Notes under the pieces: generated by a model
Databases searched by the model: none
What the model was told of the DNA's origin: nothing
What the model saw: only the letters and a program-made list of their open reading frames with translations
Assembly: GCA_034421335.1 (NCBI GenBank)
Contig: DAOUKL010000021.1
Span: 921 to 64,920 of the forward strand
Origin: Dehalococcoidia bacterium
GTDB lineage: Bacteria; Chloroflexota; Dehalococcoidia; Lucifugimonadales; Australimonadaceae
Reading direction: 5' to 3'
DNA length: 64,000 bases
Program-made: the position numbers and the translations under genes
Shown here: positions 55,295 to 64,000 of the stretch, one piece after another
How positions within the stretch are numbered: the first letter of the stretch is position 1
How the letters are laid out: every line of letters begins with the position of its first letter

Positions 55295-56055
55295 AGCTGC
55301 TGCCGTTCGATATCTGGTACCGGCTGGGCCGCGTCGCCACGCGCATCTTCCTGCCGACGTTCGGGAGCGTGGAGGTGGTGGGGCGGTCGCGCGTGCCGCA
55401 GGACGGCCCGCTCATCGTGGCGGCGAACCATCAGAGTTTCTCGGACCCGCCGCTGCTGGTGTACGCGATCTCCCGGCCCCTGTTCTTCCTGGCCAAGAGG
55501 GGGCTGTTCACTGGCCCGATCGCGTCGCTCGCGTTGCGAATGTGGCATGCGTACCCCGTGAAGGAGGACGGCAAGGCGCCGGACTCGCTCCGCTGGGCGC
55601 AGCAGAACCTCTCGGCGGGCAGGGCGCTGCTGGTGTTTCCGGAGGGCAAGCGCAACCCCGGCGCCCTCGGCGAGGCCAGCGACGGCCTGACGTACCTGGC
55701 GCTCCGCTCGGGAGCGCCTATCCTGCCGGTGGGCATCACCGGCACTGAAAAAGCGCCGACCCTGCTGCGGATACCGTTTCACTTCCAGCGGCTCAAGGTC
55801 GTTATGGGCGAGCCGTTTCACCTGCCGACCGTCACGGGCCGCGTCGATCGGGCGCAGTTGCGCGAGGCTACCCGCCTCATCATGACCCGCATCGCTGAGC
55901 TGCTGCCGCCCGAGTACCGGGGCTTCTACTCCGACTGCGTGAGAGCCGACGGGGACGAGCCGAGCGAGGCGCCGCAGACAGGCGAAGGTGGTTGCCCGCC
56001 TGTGGAGGGAGCGCCGCCGGCGCATGGCGAGCCGACTCCCGCGCCTGGCGGTTAG
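55291..56055 (+). CDS. plsC: 1-acyl-sn-glycerol-3-phosphate acyltransferase
   Basis: It has the acyltransferase motifs NHQSFSDP (HxxxxD) and FPEGKRN. There is an ATGA overlap with the cmk stop. Confidence 0.85.
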   Translation: MKLLPFDIWYRLGRVATRIFLPTFGSVEVVGRSRVPQDGPLIVAANHQSFSDPPLLVYAISRPLFFLAKRGLFTGPIASLALRMWHAYPVKEDGKAPDSLRWAQQNLSAGRALLVFPEGKRNPGALGEASDGLTYLALRSGAPILPVGITGTEKAPTLLRIPFHFQRLKVVMGEPFHLPTVTGRVDRAQLREATRLIMTRIAELLPPEYRGFYSDCVRADGDEPSEAPQTGEGGCPPVEGAPPAHGEPTPAPGG

Positions 56056-56192
56056 GGTGGCGAAAAACTTGCGCGTCCTGCTAGACCGCTCCCAGGGGCT
56101 GTGCTAGCATCGCTTGTCGGCGCAAGTCGATTAGCGGCCCGGGATCCGGCGCAGTCCATCCTGTTCGGGCGGGCCGTTAGGGAGAGAGGGAG

Positions 56193-59027
<2,835 letters not shown>

Positions 59028-59071
59028 GGCCGTCGTCCCCCGCCCCAGAGTGGAGGATGACCCGAAGGGAA

Positions 59072-59170
59072 CCGTCACTCCCTTGCCCTTCCGTCATTCC
59101 CTCCCGCCCCCTGTCACTCCCGCGAAGGCGGGAACCTCGCCTCCCTAGTTCGCGGTGAGCCTGTCGAACG
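59072..59170. repeat. Composite intergenic repeat element
   Basis: Three GTCA[CT]TCCC units start at 59074, 59093 and 59113 (19-20-nt period). The last runs into the hairpin cccgcGAAGgcggg (59119-59132). This is followed by gttcgcGGTGAGCCTGTCGAAcg (59148-59170). Confidence 0.6.
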
Positions 59171-59177
59171 ACCAATC

Positions 59178-59687
59178 ATGGCTATGCAAGACCACAGCAT
59201 GACCCGGCATTTCACGGCGACGGGCTACGTGGTGAGCGCCGGAGCGACCCTGCTGCACTGGCACCCCAAGGTCAAAGCCTGGCTGCCTCCGGGAGGGCAC
59301 GTCGAGCCCAACGAAGACCCTGTGCAGGCCGTTCTGCGGGAGGTCTTTGAGGAGACGGGCGTGCGCGCCGAGGCGGTCGCCGGGGCGCCCGAACTTGGAC
59401 TCACCTACCCCGAACAGGTCGCCCCGCCGTTCACGATTCTCGTCGAGGACATCCACGATCCGGAGACCGGGCTGCACCAGCACATCGACCTCATCTACTT
59501 CTGCCGCCCGGTGGGGCCGGTTGGGCTGCTCCCTGAAGGCTGGCGATGGGTGAAGCGTGAGGCCCTCGCTGCGGGCGCGGCGCTGGAGGGAGCGGACGGT
59601 GGGTCGCAGCCTCCGCCGGAGGACGTGCGGCTGCTGGCCGAGCAGGCGTTCCGGGCCGTCGAGGCCCGAGACGCCAAGCGCGATTGA
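59178..59687 (+). CDS. NUDIX hydrolase
   Basis: The Nudix box is GGHVEPNEDPVQAVLREVFEETG. The start is uncertain because no RBS precedes 59178, and internal ATGs lie at codons 3 and 8. Confidence 0.85.
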   Translation: MAMQDHSMTRHFTATGYVVSAGATLLHWHPKVKAWLPPGGHVEPNEDPVQAVLREVFEETGVRAEAVAGAPELGLTYPEQVAPPFTILVEDIHDPETGLHQHIDLIYFCRPVGPVGLLPEGWRWVKREALAAGAALEGADGGSQPPPEDVRLLAEQAFRAVEARDAKRD

Positions 59688-59712
59688 CACGACTTTCACA
59701 ATCTCTTACCAT
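59684..59712 (+). promoter_or_regulatory. Candidate sigma-70-type promoter of glnA
   Basis: A perfect TTGACA (59684-59689, overlapping the NUDIX stop codon), a 17-nt spacer, then TACCAT (59707-59712). It lies about 75 nt upstream of the glnA ATG. Confidence 0.45.
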
Positions 59713-59725
59713 ACATTCCCGGTCG

Positions 59726-59743
59726 CCGGGGCCTGTGCCCCGG
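59726..59743 (+). other. GC-rich hairpin in the glnA leader
   Basis: CCGGGGC-ctgt-GCCCCGG is a 7-bp perfect stem with a 4-nt loop. It is followed by tgttctgcgttatt, which is moderately U-rich. It sits between the candidate promoter and the RBS GGGAGGG. Confidence 0.35.
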
Positions 59744-59787
59744 TGTTCTGCGTTATTGGGGCATTCCCCCAGGGTTGGGAGGGCCCG

Positions 59788-61131
59788 ATGGCCACTACGC
59801 GCGCCGAGGAAGCTCGGCAGTACGTTCTCCGCAGCGCGAAAGAGAACGACGTTAAGTTCATCCGCTTCTGGTTCACCGACATATTGGGGAACCTGAAGGG
59901 TTTCGCCGTAACCGTGGCGGAACTCGAGGGCGCGCTTGAGTACGGCATGGCGTTCGACGGCTCTACCGTGCAGGGATTCGCCCGGCGCGACGAAAGCGAC
60001 ATGGTCGCGATGCCGGATCCGACGACGTTCTCGATACTGCCTTGGCGGCCCCGCCAGAACGCGGTGGCGCGGATGTTCTGCGACGTCCTCCGCCCGTCGG
60101 GCGAGCCTTTCGAAGGGGATCCGCGCTACGTGATGAAGCTCGCCATCGACCGCGCCGCCCGCCTTGGCTACCAGTTCCAGGTCGGCCCCGAAATGGAGCA
60201 CTTCTACGTGAAATCGGCGGACGACCCGACGCCCATCGACGAGGGAGGCTACTTCGACCTGACCACCCCGCTGGATGCGGCGGCGGACCTTCGGCGCGAC
60301 ACAGTGCTGGCGCTCGAAGAGATGGGCATTCCCGTCGAGTACAGCCACCACGAGGTGGCGCGCGGGCAGCACGAGATCGACCTGCGGCACACCGACGCCC
60401 TCACCATGGCTGACACCGTGATGACGTACCGGCAGGTGGTGAAGGAAGTCGCTATGGGCCGCGGCGTGTACGCGACCTTCATGCCCAAGCCGTTCGAGGA
60501 CCAGAACGGGAACGGCATGCACGTCAATATGTCGCTCTCGAAGGGTGATGAAAACGCGTTCTACGACGCGGAGGCGGAGTACAAACTTTCGCGCACTGCG
60601 CGGCAGTTCATAGCAGGGCTGCTTGCGCACGCGCCGGAGATCGCCTGCGTGTGCAACCAGTGGGTGAACTCGTACAAGCGGCTCGTTCCGGGCTATGAGG
60701 CGCCGGCGTACACGACCTGGGCCCCGGTGAACCGGTCGGACTTGGTGCGGGTTCCGGCGTACCGCCCCGGGAAAGAGGCCTCGGTGCGAATCGAGTTCCG
60801 TCAGCCCGACCCGGCGTGCAACCCGTACCTGGCGTTCGCAGCGATGCTCACCGCCGGGCTTGCCGGCGTTGAGGGCGACTATGCCCCTGCCCCCCCTTCC
60901 GAGTGCGACGTCAACGGACTGAGCGAGGCGGAACGGGCGGAGCGCGGCATCGCCAGCCTGCCGGGGAGCCTCTATGAGGCGCTGCAGGCGGCGGAGGGCA
61001 GCTGTGTGCTGCGAACCGCCCTCGGCCAGTACACGTACGATTCGCTGCTCGAAAACAAGCGAATCGAGTGGAACAGGTACCGAGCGGCGGTGACGGACTA
61101 CGAACTCAAGCGGTACTTGCCCAACCTGTAA
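59788..61131 (+). CDS. glnA: Glutamine synthetase type I (short, apparently non-adenylylated alpha-type)
   Basis: 447 aa from ATG at 59788, preceded by GGGAGGG. Strings are FIRFWFTDILGNLKGF, GPEMEHF, HHEVARGQHEIDL and NGNGMHVNMSL. I could not find an NLY(D/E)LP-type adenylylation loop. Confidence 0.95.
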   Translation: MATTRAEEARQYVLRSAKENDVKFIRFWFTDILGNLKGFAVTVAELEGALEYGMAFDGSTVQGFARRDESDMVAMPDPTTFSILPWRPRQNAVARMFCDVLRPSGEPFEGDPRYVMKLAIDRAARLGYQFQVGPEMEHFYVKSADDPTPIDEGGYFDLTTPLDAAADLRRDTVLALEEMGIPVEYSHHEVARGQHEIDLRHTDALTMADTVMTYRQVVKEVAMGRGVYATFMPKPFEDQNGNGMHVNMSLSKGDENAFYDAEAEYKLSRTARQFIAGLLAHAPEIACVCNQWVNSYKRLVPGYEAPAYTTWAPVNRSDLVRVPAYRPGKEASVRIEFRQPDPACNPYLAFAAMLTAGLAGVEGDYAPAPPSECDVNGLSEAERAERGIASLPGSLYEALQAAEGSCVLRTALGQYTYDSLLENKRIEWNRYRAAVTDYELKRYLPNL

Positions 61132-61178
61132 GGAGTGTGGGGTCGGCTCGCCCGTCGGACCGCCCCGCTGGCGGCAGC

Positions 61179-64000
61179 ATGCACTACCCAAGCCAAAACG
61201 GCTCACTGTACAACCCGCGTTTCGAACACGACGCTTGCGGCGTCGGGTTCGTCGCGGACGTTTCCGGCGCCCGCAGCCGGCTCGTGCTCGACCGCGCGCT
61301 CGAGGCAGTTGTCAACGTAACGCACCGCGGCGCGGTGTCCGCCGACGGCAAGACGGGAGACGGCGCGGGAGTGTTGACGCAGATTCCGTCGGGCGTATTC
61401 AAGCCCGAGGCCGCGCGTCTCGGCGCGAGCGTCGCGAACGACGGCGACCTGGCGGTCGGCGTGGTGTTCCTGCCGTGGGACAACCCCCAGGCGGCCCGCG
61501 TGATCATAGAAGACGCGCTGCGCGGGCGTGGGCTTGCCGTGCTCGGCTGGCGCGAGGTCCCCGTCGATCCGTCGGTCATCGGCGAGCGGGCGCGGGCCAT
61601 CCTGCCGCGGATAGAGAACGTGCTGGCGGTGTGGCCGGAGGCGCCGCACGCGCAGGCGTTCACGCGCCAGCTCTACCTGGCGCGCAAGACGGCGGAGCGG
61701 AAGCTGGCCGGCGCCGGGGTTGACTGTTACATCCCGTCGCTGTCGAACCGCACCATCGTCTACAAGGGGTTCCTGGTGGCGCCTCAACTGCAGGCGTTCT
61801 ACAAGGATCTCGATAACCCTGAATTCACCACGGGGCTGGCGCTGCTGCATCAGCGCTACAGCACTAACACCTTCCCCAACTGGGAGCTTGCCCACCCGTT
61901 CCGGATGCTGGGACACAACGGCGAGATCAACACCGTTGAGGGCAACCGGAACTGGATGCGCGCCCGCGAACTCGCTTCCGGCGTGTGGGGCGACGACATC
62001 GCCGACGTGTTGCCCATCCTCCAGGAGGGCTTCAGCGACTCGGCGAGCCTCGACAACGTGCTCGAACTGCTGGTGGTCTCCGGCCGCGACCCGCTCCACG
62101 CGATGGCCATGCTCGTGCCCGAGGCGTGGGAGAACATGCCGTACATGGACCCGGTGCTCCGCGCGTTCTACGAGTACCACGCCTGCATCACCGAGCCGTG
62201 GGACGGCCCGGCGGCGCTGGCGTTCACCGACGGCGTCGTCGCGGCGGCGGCGCTCGACCGCAACGGCCTGCGCCCCGCCCGCTACAAGCTGGGCGACGAC
62301 AACATCTTCGTCATGGCGTCGGAGGTGGGGGCCACCCATATGGATGACGCCCACGTGGTGGAGAAGGGCCGCCTCGGCCCGGGCGAGATGATCGCCGTCG
62401 ACACCGCGAGCGGGCAGCTGCTGCGGAACGACGAGATTAAGGCGCGGCTCGCGTCCGCCCGCCCGTATGGCGAGTGGCTGTCGCGCAAGATGACAGTCGT
62501 GGGCTCCCTGGCGCAGGCGACCGAGCCGCTGGCACCCGAGCCTGCGAGCATCGAGGCGAGGAAGGCGTTCGCCTACACCACGGAAGAGGCGCACCTCGTG
62601 CTGCGCCCTCTCTACCTCGACGGAGTGGAGCCGGTGGGGTCGCTGGGAGACGACACGCCGCTGTCCGTGCTCGCGCTGAAGCCGCGCCTGCTGTACAGCT
62701 ACTTCCGCCAGCGGTTCGCGCAGGTCACGAACCCGCCCATCGACTCGTACCGCGAGAGCCTTGTGATGTCGCTCTACACCTACCTGGGCGCGCGCGGGTC
62801 GCTGCTCGAGGAGACGGAGGACCACGCCGGCCTCGTGAGGCTCGATTCCCCGGTGCTGACGGCGGAGCAGTTCGCGGCGGTGCGCAACGAGTCCGGCCCG
62901 CTCCGCGCGCGGACGCTGTCGGTGCTGTTCCGGGCGTCGGAAGGGCCAAAGGGGCTTCGGCGTGTGCTCGACGAGGTGTGCGCTGCCGCTGAGCGCGCCG
63001 TTGACGACGGCTGCGGCGCGGTGGTCCTGAGCGACCGGGGAGTGGACGCCGAGCACGCCGCCGTTCCGATGCTGCTCGCGGCGGGCGCCGTTCACCACCA
63101 CCTCACACGGGCGCGCAAGCGCCTCCAGACCTCCCTCGTGGTTGAGGCCGCGGACGCGCGGGACCCGCACCAGTTCGCGCTGCTCATCGGCTACGGCGCG
63201 AGCGCGGTCCATCCGTACATGGCGTTCGAGACGATCACGGCGCTCATCGAGGAAGGCCACGACCGGGACGTCGGCGCGGAGCGGGCGATCGCCACGTACG
63301 TGCGCACGCTGAACAAGCAGCTGCTGAAGATCATGTCGAAGATGGGCATCTCGACGGTCACCAGCTATCACGGCGCGCAGATCTTCGAGGCCGTGGGGCT
63401 CGACGCCGAGGTGGTGGACCGCTGCTTCGCCGGCACGCATTCGCCCGTAGGCGGCATAGGGTTCGACGGAGTCGCGGAGGAGACGCTCCGGCTGCACGAG
63501 GTCGCGTTCGGGACGCCGCAGACGGACAAGGGCGCGAAGCTCGACGACTTCGGGTACTACCGCTTCCGCCGCGACGGCGAACCCCACGCGTTCGCTCCGG
63601 CGAGCGTTCGCACCCTGCACAAGACCCTGCTTGACGAGACGGAGGAAGGCGGGGCCGACGGCTACCAGACGTACCTGGAGCAGATAACCGGCGGGCCTCC
63701 GATTTCGCTGCGCGACCTCCTCGAAATCAAGCCAGTGGGCGCGCCTGTTCCGCTGGAAGAAGTGGAGCCGGCTGCGGAGATCGTGAAGCGCTTCAATGGT
63801 GGCTCGATGTCGTTCGGCGCGCTGAGCATCGAGGCGCATGAGGCGATCGCCATTGCGTTCAACCGCGTCGGCAGCAAGAGCGGCAGCGGCGAGGGCGGCG
63901 AAGACCCGCGTCGCTTCAGGGAGCTGCGGGACGGCGACCGCACCGGCAGCAAGATGAAGCAGGTGGCCTCGGGACGCTTCGGCGTAACCCCGGAGTACCT
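61179..64000 (+). CDS. gltB: Glutamate synthase large subunit, N-terminal ~940 codons (3' end outside the window)
   Basis: It is not in the ORF track because the frame never reaches a stop. ATG at 61179 gives MHYPSQNGSLYNPRFEHDACGVGFVADV...HRGAVSADGKTGDGAGVLTQIP, with the amidotransferase Cys in HDACGVGF. The frame stays open to base 64000, ending ...GSGEGGEDPRRF...MKQVASGRFGVTPEY (FMN domain). Confidence 0.95.
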   Translation, partial: MHYPSQNGSLYNPRFEHDACGVGFVADVSGARSRLVLDRALEAVVNVTHRGAVSADGKTGDGAGVLTQIPSGVFKPEAARLGASVANDGDLAVGVVFLPWDNPQAARVIIEDALRGRGLAVLGWREVPVDPSVIGERARAILPRIENVLAVWPEAPHAQAFTRQLYLARKTAERKLAGAGVDCYIPSLSNRTIVYKGFLVAPQLQAFYKDLDNPEFTTGLALLHQRYSTNTFPNWELAHPFRMLGHNGEINTVEGNRNWMRARELASGVWGDDIADVLPILQEGFSDSASLDNVLELLVVSGRDPLHAMAMLVPEAWENMPYMDPVLRAFYEYHACITEPWDGPAALAFTDGVVAAAALDRNGLRPARYKLGDDNIFVMASEVGATHMDDAHVVEKGRLGPGEMIAVDTASGQLLRNDEIKARLASARPYGEWLSRKMTVVGSLAQATEPLAPEPASIEARKAFAYTTEEAHLVLRPLYLDGVEPVGSLGDDTPLSVLALKPRLLYSYFRQRFAQVTNPPIDSYRESLVMSLYTYLGARGSLLEETEDHAGLVRLDSPVLTAEQFAAVRNESGPLRARTLSVLFRASEGPKGLRRVLDEVCAAAERAVDDGCGAVVLSDRGVDAEHAAVPMLLAAGAVHHHLTRARKRLQTSLVVEAADARDPHQFALLIGYGASAVHPYMAFETITALIEEGHDRDVGAERAIATYVRTLNKQLLKIMSKMGISTVTSYHGAQIFEAVGLDAEVVDRCFAGTHSPVGGIGFDGVAEETLRLHEVAFGTPQTDKGAKLDDFGYYRFRRDGEPHAFAPASVRTLHKTLLDETEEGGADGYQTYLEQITGGPPISLRDLLEIKPVGAPVPLEEVEPAAEIVKRFNGGSMSFGALSIEAHEAIAIAFNRVGSKSGSGEGGEDPRRFRELRDGDRTGSKMKQVASGRFGVTPEY

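Noticed and set aside
59491-61206. 571-aa minus-strand ORF
   Set aside because: It is antisense to glnA and is a shadow ORF.

Overview
This is a 64-kb, very GC-rich bacterial chromosomal segment. By eye it is about two thirds G+C, and third codon positions are almost always G/C. Ribosome-binding sites are strong GGAGG-type, and many adjacent genes overlap by 4 nt at stop/start (ATGA or GTGA). I support about 50 protein-coding genes. I recognised no rRNA, tRNA, CRISPR array, transposase, integrase or prophage gene by eye, but no tRNA or RNA scan could be run.

Most of the content is housekeeping:
- dnaX-ybaB-recR, with ybeY coupled upstream
- dgt-dnaG-rpoD
- dnaA, obg, nadD, gyrB, cmk, plsC, ppdK
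- glnA-gltB; gltB runs off the 3' end and is absent from the ORF track
- fmt and rplY
- fpg-alkA base-excision pair

The less ordinary parts are:
1. Three tandem paralogous SAM-dependent methyltransferase genes sit between a MarR gene and a single-polypeptide sensor kinase plus OmpR-type response regulator. The shared divergent intergenic region carries helically phased GTTAC-like repeats.
2. A tightly coupled dxs / polyprenyl synthase / hpnC-hpnD-hpnE squalene cluster has no cyclase in the window. It is followed by an MFS transporter with a long low-complexity tail and by an RND pump with no adaptor gene, whose RBS lies inside a hairpin.
3. A three-gene module encodes a secreted multi-domain protein, an ABC ATPase and an ABC-2 permease.
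4. A mycobacterial-type cysM plus moeB pair lacks a CysO carrier gene. It sits behind an Fe-S-type Rrf2 regulator and is coupled to an OmpR-family regulator with a degenerate receiver domain.
5. Gene orientation switches sharply at the fmt|dnaA junction: 33 of 40 genes are on the minus strand to the left and 10 of 11 on the plus strand to the right. This suggests a replication origin there, but I see no canonical DnaA boxes.
6. A low-GC islet carries a PyrE-like phosphoribosyltransferase.
7. Several short interspersed intergenic repeat families are present.

All protein names come from motifs I recognise in the translations and from gene order, not from database searches. Start codons were refined by eye using RBS position and neighbouring stops. 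The many long ORFs antisense to real genes are treated as high-GC artefacts.
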